A DNA stretch of 30,371 nt. It comes from a virus. Positions 6,788-15,442 of this stretch are shown here, one piece after another. The first letter of the stretch is position 1; each line of letters starts with the position of its first letter. The notes beneath the pieces are model-generated. The model searched no databases. It saw nothing but the letters and a program-made list of their open reading frames with translations, and was not told where the DNA came from. The DNA lies in IMG/VR virus record IMGVR_UViG_2870879507_000003. The stretch is one strand, 5' to 3'. The translations under genes and the position numbers were made by a program.

Positions 6788-7243
6788 ATGGCCCGCTGGT
6801 CTGCGTACGTCGAGCCGCCGTGGCGACACCTCCGTCGGGCCTACCGCTGGTTCCGCCGGACGTTCTTCACCACGAGCAAACCCGACGGGCCGTTCCTGGT
6901 TGTCGACGCGGACATCGAGGACCTTGAGCGCGCACTCGGCCAGCAGTCCTGGGCTCCCAACTGGGAGTTCTCCTACAACTACAAGGGCGAAGTTCTGAAC
7001 CTGGCCCGCGTCGTCCACCGCGAAGACGACGACATCGAGTGGTGGCAGTTTCACGTCCGGGGCTGGGCACGCGAGGACGGCCGCGTTGAGCTGCGCTGTC
7101 ACTGGGAGCCCGAACCCACGGAGCACCCGGACGCCCACCTGGACGGCGTCGGGTACGATCTCGCTCAGGGAATGCGCCGGCTACGGAACGTCCTCGATGA
7201 TGCTGGCGTCGAGATCGTCGGGGAACACCATGACGGTTCGTGA
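6788..7243 (+). CDS. Hypothetical protein (Trp/Tyr/His-rich)
   Basis: Abuts previous stop (TAAATG); typical codon usage; QFHVRGW...HWEPEP..HP.AHL motifs. Confidence 0.72.
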   Translation: MARWSAYVEPPWRHLRRAYRWFRRTFFTTSKPDGPFLVVDADIEDLERALGQQSWAPNWEFSYNYKGEVLNLARVVHREDDDIEWWQFHVRGWAREDGRVELRCHWEPEPTEHPDAHLDGVGYDLAQGMRRLRNVLDDAGVEIVGEHHDGS

Positions 7244-7256
7244 CTGAAAAGCGCAC

Positions 7257-7481
7257 ATGTCTCGGACCACGATCTCCGTCCCCGATTCGCTGTTCGACCG
7301 CCTTGAGGGCTGCAAGCGCGAGGACGAGTCGTGGCCGGAATCGCTCGAACGGGCGGCTGACGCCCTGGAATCGGCAGACGGCGATAGTGAACGCACAATG
7401 GACGCACTTACCACCGACCACATCGACGACATCGCCCGTGCGACGGCCGACGAGGTCGAAAATCGCATGGCGCGACGGTGA
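7257..7481 (+). CDS. Ribbon-helix-helix (CopG/VapB-like) DNA-binding protein
   Basis: MSRTTISVPDSLFDRLEGCKREDESW..SLER matches haloarchaeal RHH pattern. Confidence 0.75.
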   Translation: MSRTTISVPDSLFDRLEGCKREDESWPESLERAADALESADGDSERTMDALTTDHIDDIARATADEVENRMARR

Positions 7482-7497
7482 ACGCATAGTGAACGCA
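7387..7497 (+). repeat. GTGAACGCA direct repeats in two 11-bp-spaced pairs
   Basis: GTGAACGCA 7387-7395, ATGGACGCA 7398-7406, GTGAACGCA 7478-7486 and 7489-7497. Confidence 0.8.
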
Positions 7498-7508
7498 TTT
7501 TCAGACAT

Positions 7509-7904
7509 ATGGCTGAGATCTTCGTCGAGCCGAATGCCACGGCCCGGCGACTCCGGAAGTACGTTCGTGACCACCCGGACGTCCGGAAAGACGAGTACGA
7601 CCACTATGACGACCCCGTCGAGGGCGCGTGCTACGTCCTCGCCGAGGCGTACTTCCACGCCCGCGGTGGCGAAGACAGCGGTCTCGAGGTTTACCGCCTC
7701 GACTGGAGCGATATCTACAACGAGGCGACTGGCGCGCACTGGTTTCTCCGCGAGGACGGCACAATCGTCGACCTGTCGCTCCCGACGCCCGATCACGGCG
7801 ATGGCGTCCCCTGGGAGCAGGCCCGCCATCGGGCGTTCATCACTGGCTACGAGCCGTCAAATCGGACACAGCGCGTCCTGCAGGCGCTGGATCTCACCCC
7901 ATAG
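7509..7904 (+). CDS. Hypothetical protein with possible Cys-His-Asp (papain/transglutaminase-like) triad
   Basis: GACYVLAEAY ... AHWFL ... IVDLS order of C, H, D. Confidence 0.6.
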   Translation: MAEIFVEPNATARRLRKYVRDHPDVRKDEYDHYDDPVEGACYVLAEAYFHARGGEDSGLEVYRLDWSDIYNEATGAHWFLREDGTIVDLSLPTPDHGDGVPWEQARHRAFITGYEPSNRTQRVLQALDLTP

Positions 7905-7919
7905 AAACAACACAAAGCC

Positions 7920-8684
7920 ATGAACGTTGACGAAGACGACCTCGTTGGCACCCCTCTCGAGGAGGTACCGAAGCGGGATCCGACCGACGAGAGCTGCATG
8001 GGGCGGCGCTGGGAGAAGCGCGACAGTGAGACGATCTTCGTCGGGTACTGCCGGGCCTGGCCGGGGAAGGGGACTGACCACGTCGGCGAGGGGCGCTGCA
8101 GTAAGCACGCCGGCAGCGCCACCGCGCCGGAGGGGAACGACAACGCCGAAGGCAACGACGGCGGCGCACCCGAGGACAACCGCAACGCCTCGACACACGA
8201 TCTCTACACGGAATCCAACAAGTTCTATCAGGAGGTCGCGACGGACGCACTCAGGGAGCTCTGCGACAACATCTACGACGGGTACGTCGAGAAGTTCCGC
8301 GAGGTGAACGGCGAGCCGATCGCCGGCGACGAGGCGCGACTGTCGCAGATCGCCATCAACCACATCAAGATCATCCATGGCGACAACTGGGCGGTCGATC
8401 GGCCGGACACGCTCGACACCGGGAACGCCCTCGTCGACCGGGAGACGCGGATCAAAACCACAGAGCACGAGCGCTACGAAGAGCACCGCTACTCCGAGAC
8501 GGCCGTCGCCAAAGCCCAGCACCACCTCAGAAAAGAGGACCGCAAGTGGCTGAAAGAGATGGGACTGCTCGGGGCTGACATCGACGTCAACGTCGACGGA
8601 CAGGTCGATCACGAGCACGACCACGGCCTTGAGGAGGCGACGCGGGAGTTCATCGACACCATCGCCGGCAGTGTGGAGGACTGA
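7920..8684 (+). CDS. terS: Putative terminase small subunit
   Basis: N-terminal C...C..PGKGTDHVGEGRCSKHAG (HGGxSTG-like) and GGAPEDNRNASTHDLY (GAPxGNxNAxxHG-like); upstream of TerL. Confidence 0.65.
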   Translation: MNVDEDDLVGTPLEEVPKRDPTDESCMGRRWEKRDSETIFVGYCRAWPGKGTDHVGEGRCSKHAGSATAPEGNDNAEGNDGGAPEDNRNASTHDLYTESNKFYQEVATDALRELCDNIYDGYVEKFREVNGEPIAGDEARLSQIAINHIKIIHGDNWAVDRPDTLDTGNALVDRETRIKTTEHERYEEHRYSETAVAKAQHHLRKEDRKWLKEMGLLGADIDVNVDGQVDHEHDHGLEEATREFIDTIAGSVED

Positions 8685-8688
8685 CACG

Positions 8689-9303
8689 ATGACGGCACCG
8701 CTCGCGTACCACATCCTGGCCCGCCTCGAGCCGACGCCGGCGGGACTGGACCAGAAGGCCGCCTTCGGCAAGTACGTCAACGAGCAGGCGGCGTTCGCCC
8801 ACTCGTCGGACCTGCCACACCTCGCCCGCGAGCACCTGCCGGACGTCGTCCGCTACGAGTTCGCGATCGACGCACCGGAGACGCCCGACGATGCCGACCC
8901 GATCCCGAAGAGCGCCTACCAGGATTTCTGGCTCGCACAGGTCACGGACGAGCCGTGGGACATCTACGACATCGCCGAGGACATGGCCGCCCGCTTCGAC
9001 ATCAACGAGGGCTGGGCGTTCAAGACCGCGCGCCAGCACCTCAACCAGCTCGTCCTCCAGGCGCGGATGCGCGGCTACCGCGACGACGGCCCGATCGTCG
9101 CCAAGCGTTTCACGTGGGCCGGCCCGGACCCCGATCATCCGGCCTGTGTGTGGCTCATGGACCAGGTCCCCGAGGAGGGCCTGCCGCTGAACGACCTCGT
9201 CGAGCTCATGCAGGAGGCCAAGCACCGCTTCGTCGAGGATCCGCCTTCGAGCCCGCACGTCGTCCACGAGTGGTGTCGCCACGAGATGCGAGAGGTTCGA
9301 TAA
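8689..9303 (+). CDS. Putative minor head/head morphogenesis protein (SPP1 gp7/Mu gpF-like C-terminus)
   Basis: KRFTWAGPD..HPAC...PHVVHEWCRH resembles the W...C...HPNCRC end of gp7/gpF; ATG 8689 after GGAGG. Confidence 0.5.
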   Translation: MTAPLAYHILARLEPTPAGLDQKAAFGKYVNEQAAFAHSSDLPHLAREHLPDVVRYEFAIDAPETPDDADPIPKSAYQDFWLAQVTDEPWDIYDIAEDMAARFDINEGWAFKTARQHLNQLVLQARMRGYRDDGPIVAKRFTWAGPDPDHPACVWLMDQVPEEGLPLNDLVELMQEAKHRFVEDPPSSPHVVHEWCRHEMREVR

Positions 9304-9518
9304 TGCATCGGTGCCGGTGGGGTGGATGCACAACCACTGTCGGAGCAGAGCACGATTACTGCTCAGACCATCGGGGAAATGTCGCAACAACACCAGACTA
9401 CGACCCCAGATTCGACTGTGCTCAGTCGGTTGACGGCGCAAAGGCACGATACGTCGAACACGACAACGGATACGGAATCGAATCACTCGAAACTGATCTG
9501 AGCCGGCTACTCGGCTGA
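9303..9518 (+). CDS. Small Cys/His protein (MHRCRWGGC...YCSDH)
   Basis: ATG overlaps previous TAA; AT-richer segment. Confidence 0.45.
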   Translation: MHRCRWGGCTTTVGAEHDYCSDHRGNVATTPDYDPRFDCAQSVDGAKARYVEHDNGYGIESLETDLSRLLG

Positions 9519-9535
9519 AAGAGGTGCAGTAACTC

Positions 9536-11251
9536 GTGAGCACGACCACGCCGCCAGGGGCCCAATCGTCACGACCAGTCGCGGCGCCGCTGGATAGCAT
9601 CGGCGGCCCCGACGTCGCCGAGATGGTCCGGACGCACCTCGAGGAGGGCACGGAGCGCGTCCATCCGCTCCCGTTTTCGATCGCCCATTTGGACTCTCGG
9701 ACCGCGCTCGCCCCACCGCCACACCTCATCGACTGGTACAACCAAATTGCGGCAGCCGTCTTCGACGAGACAGCACCCAAGAACCTGGCCCTGTTCGGCC
9801 CGCGCAACTACGGGAAGACGGTTTCGACGATCGACATCACGCCGGCGTGGCTGGCGACGCGCTTCCCAGAGATCCGGATGGCGATCGTCTCCCACAAGAA
9901 AAAGCACGCCAACAAGCGGGCGAAGACGGCGGTCGCGTCGATCGAAGAGGCCTGCGACCGGTACAACATTCCGGTCTACGACTCTTCGAAGACGACGATC
10001 CAGCTCGAGGCTGGCCGGCAGAACATCGAGCCGACGCTCGAGCCGCTGTCGATCCGGACGTCCGATACGGGCTCGCACTACGACGTCATCATCTACGACG
10101 ACATCGCGACGCTGACCAACCAGACGACGGCGCTCCGAGACACCATCTCGGAGAACTTCGAGGAGTTCACCGACAACGTCGCGGCCAAGCGCGGGGCGAC
10201 CTGCCTCCCCCACAAGAGCGTCAACATCGTCATCGGGACGCGCAAGACACCCGAGGACGTCTACCGCGAGCACATCCTCGCGACGAACACGCCGGAGTGG
10301 GACGGCCACATTGCCCGCGGGACGTCGCAGCCGGGCTGGGCAGCGCGCGTCTGGCGGGCGACGCCGGACTGGCACGTCATCGAGAACGAGGAGTACGTCG
10401 TTCACGGGACCGACGGCAACGTCTACGAGACGTTGCGGGATGTCCCCGACGATGTCGACGTGATCGACGACGGCATCCGCCCGGCCGAGGGGATCGACTT
10501 CCGGACGCTCTGGCCGGCCTTCGAGCGCCCGGAAACGCTGTTGACGAAGGTCGTCGCGAAGTCGGGCTCAGCGGGGCTCTGGCGGGCGGAGAACCAGCAG
10601 AACCCTGAGGCAGCCGTCGGGCGCGTCCTCAATCTTGACTGGCTCCGATTCGTCGACCCGATCCCCCGAAAGGACTGGGATGCCTACGAGTGGTACGCGG
10701 GTCTGGACTTCGCGAACCCCGACAACCTGGCGGCCGCGGAGCGCGGCGAGTCGGACTACTGGGCCCTGGCCGTCTACGCCTACGATCGCGATCTCGACCA
10801 GGAGTACGCGGTCGACGTCTGGCGCGACCGCGGTTACATGTGGAGCGAAGCCGCGACGGACTTCGTCGCGGTCCACCTGGCGGACTACCCGGTTGGGGAG
10901 CTCCTCGTCGAGTCCAACTTCGAGGGTGGCGAGATCGCAGAGACAATCGCCGACGCGGCGACCTACGAGGACGCCGACGTTACAGTACCGGACTTCACCG
11001 TGACACCGACGGACTCGGATGGTGAGAAGGAACAGCGCTTGCACCGCCTGGCCAACCGCTTCCAGCAGGGCAAAGTCAAGATCGCGAGCGAGGAGAACGA
11101 GCGCTGGGAGTCGTTCATCCGCGAGGAGTGGCTGCCGTTCCCCGATGCGGCTCACGACGACCGCTTCGACGCCCTCGAGATCGCTTCGCGTGGCCCGGCC
11201 CAGGCGGTCGATCGTGCGTCGGGCGACGACTTCGAACACGTCGACTGGTAA
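9536..11251 (+). CDS. terL: Terminase large subunit
   Basis: Walker A LFGPRNYGKT, Walker B YDVIIYDD, coupling IVIGTRK, RNase H-like YAGLDFA / LLVESN / HDDRFDA. Confidence 0.93.
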   Translation: MSTTTPPGAQSSRPVAAPLDSIGGPDVAEMVRTHLEEGTERVHPLPFSIAHLDSRTALAPPPHLIDWYNQIAAAVFDETAPKNLALFGPRNYGKTVSTIDITPAWLATRFPEIRMAIVSHKKKHANKRAKTAVASIEEACDRYNIPVYDSSKTTIQLEAGRQNIEPTLEPLSIRTSDTGSHYDVIIYDDIATLTNQTTALRDTISENFEEFTDNVAAKRGATCLPHKSVNIVIGTRKTPEDVYREHILATNTPEWDGHIARGTSQPGWAARVWRATPDWHVIENEEYVVHGTDGNVYETLRDVPDDVDVIDDGIRPAEGIDFRTLWPAFERPETLLTKVVAKSGSAGLWRAENQQNPEAAVGRVLNLDWLRFVDPIPRKDWDAYEWYAGLDFANPDNLAAAERGESDYWALAVYAYDRDLDQEYAVDVWRDRGYMWSEAATDFVAVHLADYPVGELLVESNFEGGEIAETIADAATYEDADVTVPDFTVTPTDSDGEKEQRLHRLANRFQQGKVKIASEENERWESFIREEWLPFPDAAHDDRFDALEIASRGPAQAVDRASGDDFEHVDW

Positions 11252-11257
11252 CTATCT

Positions 11258-12955
11258 ATGAGTGAGACAGATTCAGACCCATACGTGACGAAACTCGGCG
11301 AGGACGAGGGTGGCGAACTGGTCGCGATCGACTGGCCCGACGGGAACGTCGAGCAGTCACTCCGGGCACAGATCGCGTCGACGCCACAGTCCGAGAAGGG
11401 GCACGGCGATCGCCACACTGACGAAACCGGCCCCGTCCCACGCATGTCCACCGAGTCGGGTGTGTTCGGGAGTATCGACCTGCGGACGTTCTCACTCAAC
11501 TCGACAGAGCTGTCGACGACACTCAAACGCTTCCGTGACGAGATGTATCGGAACCAGTTTCCGGCCCTCGTCCCGTCGTTCACGGACCGCTGCACCAACT
11601 GCGGAACGGAGTACGACGAGGAACGCGACACCTGTGCCGTCTGTGGACACGACGAGTTCGAAGGCCCGTCGCGCGAGCAGAAACACTGGCTGTCGTCGTT
11701 TATCGAGGCGGTCAACGACGATGGCCAGTCGTTGCGGGATCTTTTCAAATACGAAGAGGACTACCAGTCGTGGCGCGGTGTCTCGACCGTCCTCGCCCGA
11801 CTCAAATACCAGCAGGTTACCGAGGAGACGACGGTCGCCGGCCGCGAGGTGACGTCGGCGACGCGCTGGGAACCCACCGAGATCAAAGAGCTCGTCCACG
11901 CCGATCCGACGCGCATCCAGCCCGTCCTCGACGACTACAACCGCCATGGCGGGTGGTGGACGTGTCCTGCCCATCGCGAAGAGTACTGGCCGGCGGACGC
12001 ACTCACCTTCGAGGACGACGCTGACTACCCCGAAGAGGTTTGCCCGGAGTGTCACGCCCAGCTCGCCGAGGTCGGCTACGTCGAGAGGAAACAGGGGTCG
12101 GGAGACGCGTTCCGGACGCTGTACCTCAAGCACGAGGTGATCGACTGGGCGCGACACTTCCCGATCCGGAACGGCCTCGACGGCCGGTCGCCGATCCGCC
12201 CGCTGGTCAAACTCCAGGCTATCCTGCAGTGGTCGCGCAATTACGACCTCCAGTACCTCTCGCCACAGAACGACCAGCAACTCCCGGACAAGTTCCTCGT
12301 CGCCTACGGCAAGAACATCACCGAGAGCCTGCGGGTGTCACTCGAGGACGAGGAGACCAAGAACCCATGGGAGGAGGGTCGTCTCACGTACGAGGGCCAC
12401 CCGGACGACGTCGAGATCGAGCTGCTGGATCTCTCGACGTCCTCGGGGATCAACGGCCGCCAGCCGATGGTCGAGCGCCTGATGTCCCAGATCCGGGCGA
12501 TGTTCGGCATCACGGACGCCTTCGAGAACGAACTCTCGGACACGGGCGGGCTCAACGCCGAGGGCACTCAGGTCGAGATCACCAACGCGGCGATCGCCGC
12601 CGCCCACCAGGATACGAAGGACAAGGCGCTGGACACGCTCTGCCGGTTGGTCGCCATGGTCCAGGGCCACTGCGACTGGGAGTTGGCCTACGTCGATCCC
12701 GAAAGCGAGGAAAAGTCACTGTCTCCGCTGGATATCCTCGAGGGCGTCCGCCTCGCCCAGGAGACCGGGACGCGCGTCATGATCGAGGATGGCTCACTCC
12801 GCGTCCCCGATCAGGAGATCGACCCGACCGAGGCCGGCGCCGCTGCAGAGCCACCTGGCAACGCGCCGGCGGACGAACCGCCACCCGAGAGTCAGCCCAG
12901 CGAGGCACCGCCTACTGACACCGATCAGCCGACTGACCCATCCACCAACACATGA
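11258..12955 (+). CDS. Portal protein with Cys-rich insertions
   Basis: Directly after TerL, 565 aa; GRSPIRPL, IRAMFGITD, acidic/Pro-rich C-terminus typical of portals. Confidence 0.85.
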   Translation: MSETDSDPYVTKLGEDEGGELVAIDWPDGNVEQSLRAQIASTPQSEKGHGDRHTDETGPVPRMSTESGVFGSIDLRTFSLNSTELSTTLKRFRDEMYRNQFPALVPSFTDRCTNCGTEYDEERDTCAVCGHDEFEGPSREQKHWLSSFIEAVNDDGQSLRDLFKYEEDYQSWRGVSTVLARLKYQQVTEETTVAGREVTSATRWEPTEIKELVHADPTRIQPVLDDYNRHGGWWTCPAHREEYWPADALTFEDDADYPEEVCPECHAQLAEVGYVERKQGSGDAFRTLYLKHEVIDWARHFPIRNGLDGRSPIRPLVKLQAILQWSRNYDLQYLSPQNDQQLPDKFLVAYGKNITESLRVSLEDEETKNPWEEGRLTYEGHPDDVEIELLDLSTSSGINGRQPMVERLMSQIRAMFGITDAFENELSDTGGLNAEGTQVEITNAAIAAAHQDTKDKALDTLCRLVAMVQGHCDWELAYVDPESEEKSLSPLDILEGVRLAQETGTRVMIEDGSLRVPDQEIDPTEAGAAAEPPGNAPADEPPPESQPSEAPPTDTDQPTDPSTNT

Positions 12956-13368
12956 CACCAGACACCATCAGCCCGATCGACAACGACTACATCCCGCTCG
13001 CGACGCTCGTCCGCACGCTGGTAGACGACGTCGAGATCGTATCGGACACGGACGACCTCCAGGAGCGCGCGCCCACCGAGGGTCGCGTCGCGATCGTGGC
13101 CAGCGGCACTCGCCCGTACGACGTGTTCGTCGGCACCGGCGACGCGTGGCTCGACGCCAGCGCCGCGCTGGGTCTCTCTGTGCCGCTCCGACGCACCCAC
13201 CCCCAGGACCTCACGGCGGCCGATGCTCCGGCCCCGGTCGAGAACGGCGTCGAAGCCGTCCACGACGGAAGCGGCACGCCGCCGGCGGGATCGTACGTCT
13301 CCGATCCGCCGAACAACCAGTGGGTCGGCGCGGACGATCTCACCAGCGGCTCGACGATCGCCTACTGA
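12952..13368 (+). CDS. Hypothetical virion-associated protein
   Basis: ATGA overlap with portal; position in head module. Confidence 0.62.
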   Translation: MTPDTISPIDNDYIPLATLVRTLVDDVEIVSDTDDLQERAPTEGRVAIVASGTRPYDVFVGTGDAWLDASAALGLSVPLRRTHPQDLTAADAPAPVENGVEAVHDGSGTPPAGSYVSDPPNNQWVGADDLTSGSTIAY

Positions 13369-13374
13369 TCTGAA

Positions 13375-14268
13375 ATGCCCATTCAAGTAGTCAACCAGAA
13401 CGTTGCGAGTGGCCACTCGGCGGTCGGCGAACACGTCGACCCCAGCGGCCCGGTCAAGGACCGCCGCGTCACGCGCGAGGACGTCCCCGACGCGTGGGAG
13501 GAGCCGGTCTTCGAGGCTGAGAACTTCATCATCGAGGGGCCGGCCAGCGTCGAGATCGTCGACCGGTCGGGTCAGCAGATCCAGATGGATGCCGTCGCGG
13601 ACGCCCTCGAGCGCTTCCTCGAGAGTGATCGTGAGCCGGGCATCATCTCCGTCAAGCACGAGGATGTCCCCGTGGGCGTCCCGGTCTGGGAATGGGAGAC
13701 TGACGAGGGGCACTGGTACGAAACGACCGTCGGCGACGACGAGTTCACGCTGGTCGCCAACCTCGGCAACGAGACGACGAAGTCCAAGCTGGCGCGGATG
13801 CGCTGTCTCAACGGCGACTACGACGGCTACTCCGTGACGGTCTACTCGAATCAGGAACACCAGCAGCCCGACGGAACCCGTGTCACGGTCGACTGCGACC
13901 TCCACGCCGTCACGCTGGGCAACGAGGAGATGCTGATGAACCCTGAGGCCGACGACGTCTCCGTCGTGGACTTCAAGGCTGGCGGGCCGCTCGCCGCGGC
14001 GATCCAGCGCCGACTGCGACGGCGTAACTCCGTGGTCGGCCGAATCGAGCAGAAGCTGTCCGAGACCGGTATCGACCGGAAGCAGTACCCCGACGAGTTC
14101 CCCTTCGAGGGCGTCACCGAGTGCAAGCGCCACGTCGAGCAGGACGACGACTTCGACGTCGACGATCCGGGTGCGTTCTGTGCCGAGTGGGTCCGCGAAG
14201 TCAAGGGCGAGGAGCCGGCCGCCGATCAGAACACCCTCGAAAGCAAAGTTCTCGAACACCTCGACTGA
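13375..14268 (+). CDS. Putative prohead maturation protease
   Basis: IIEGPASVEIVDRSGQQI...ISVKHEDVPVG...YDGYSV pattern of HK97/XkdF-like capsid proteases; between portal and scaffold. Confidence 0.75.
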   Translation: MPIQVVNQNVASGHSAVGEHVDPSGPVKDRRVTREDVPDAWEEPVFEAENFIIEGPASVEIVDRSGQQIQMDAVADALERFLESDREPGIISVKHEDVPVGVPVWEWETDEGHWYETTVGDDEFTLVANLGNETTKSKLARMRCLNGDYDGYSVTVYSNQEHQQPDGTRVTVDCDLHAVTLGNEEMLMNPEADDVSVVDFKAGGPLAAAIQRRLRRRNSVVGRIEQKLSETGIDRKQYPDEFPFEGVTECKRHVEQDDDFDVDDPGAFCAEWVREVKGEEPAADQNTLESKVLEHLD

Positions 14269-14276
14269 CGACACTC

Positions 14277-14313
14277 CCCGATGACGGGACGGCAGGCCAC
14301 CGTCGCCAGAGGG
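14277..14313 (+). ncRNA. Putative kink-turn RNA motif upstream of scaffold/capsid genes
   Basis: CCC(14277-79)-GAT bulge-GA(14283-84) ... GACGG/CCGTC hairpin ... GA(14309-10)-GGG(14311-13). Confidence 0.5.
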
Positions 14314-14335
14314 ACCATGGCCGTGGGACCCATGT

Positions 14336-15442
14336 ATGGGATTCTTTAGTTCGACTGACACCGTTGACGGGAGAGCCCGCGCTGCGCTGGGCGACCTGCC
14401 GGAGGACCCCGCACCGTTCGAGATCCTCCGTGCGGTCGACCAGAAGGCGGGCGACGCCGTCGACCGAGACGACGTCGTAGCGACGATGCGCGATCTGGAC
14501 GACGAGATCGACGCGAAGCTGGCGGCCGTCGAGGATACCACCGTCGACCAGAAGGACATGCGCGACGCGGCGAACACGATCGCCGATCGCACGCCGCTGG
14601 CCTATCCTGGCGCGGTGGAGCTGCTCTCGGCGGTCGTCGAGAGCGTCGAGGCAATGGATCCGACGGTCTTCGTCGACGCGTTCGACAGCGCGACCGCTGG
14701 CGAGCATCTCGACGAAGACGCCGTCGATCAGAACGCCGGCGGCGATGGCGCTGCCGGCCCCGACGATGACGATGTCGACCAGAACGCGCAGCCAGACACC
14801 ACCGATTCAACCATGAGCGACGACACTCCGAACGACACCGAGAGTACCGACCCCGACGCGTCCGGCGGCGATCCCGGCGACGTCGACCAGAAGCAGGAGA
14901 CCGGAGACGGCGGCGAAGAGATGGCCCCGATCGACCTCGTCGAAGAGGTCGGCGGGTCCGACGCCGCCGACACCGTCGAGAACTACGCCGAGTCCGTGGG
15001 CAAGGACGTCCAGGACGCAGCCGCCGAGTGGATCGCCGAAAACGTCCCCGGCGTCACCGTCGAGGGCTACGGCGAGGGCGGCGGTGGCGACACCGCGCCC
15101 GGTGGCGGCGAGCCCGGGCAGGCGGACATGAACGCCGGCGCCGAACACGACCGGACCGCGCCCGAGGCGGACCAGATGGCCAATGCCGACCAGAAGCTCG
15201 CCAACGTCGACCTCAACGAGCGGGTGGCCGAGGCGGTCACCAGCGACGAGGTCATCGACGAGATGGCCGGCGCGGTCGCCCAGAAGATGGCCACCAACGA
15301 CGAACTCGCTGACGAGCTCGTCGAGACGGTCGACCAGAAGGGCGACTTCGCGACGACCGACGACACCGTCGTGACGGCGCCGGGTACCGAATCGAAGACC
15401 GTCGACGAAGCGGGCGCGATCACGGGAGGTGACGACGAATGA
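14336..15442 (+). CDS. Putative capsid scaffolding protein
   Basis: Very acidic, low-complexity, between protease and MCP; repeated VDQK/VDQN motifs; start codon uncertain. Confidence 0.7.
   Translation: MGFFSSTDTVDGRARAALGDLPEDPAPFEILRAVDQKAGDAVDRDDVVATMRDLDDEIDAKLAAVEDTTVDQKDMRDAANTIADRTPLAYPGAVELLSAVVESVEAMDPTVFVDAFDSATAGEHLDEDAVDQNAGGDGAAGPDDDDVDQNAQPDTTDSTMSDDTPNDTESTDPDASGGDPGDVDQKQETGDGGEEMAPIDLVEEVGGSDAADTVENYAESVGKDVQDAAAEWIAENVPGVTVEGYGEGGGGDTAPGGGEPGQADMNAGAEHDRTAPEADQMANADQKLANVDLNERVAEAVTSDEVIDEMAGAVAQKMATNDELADELVETVDQKGDFATTDDTVVTAPGTESKTVDEAGAITGGDDE

Noticed and set aside
9536-11251. Intein in terminase large subunit
   Set aside because: Length is ordinary and no C/S...HN splice junctions or LAGLIDADG motifs seen
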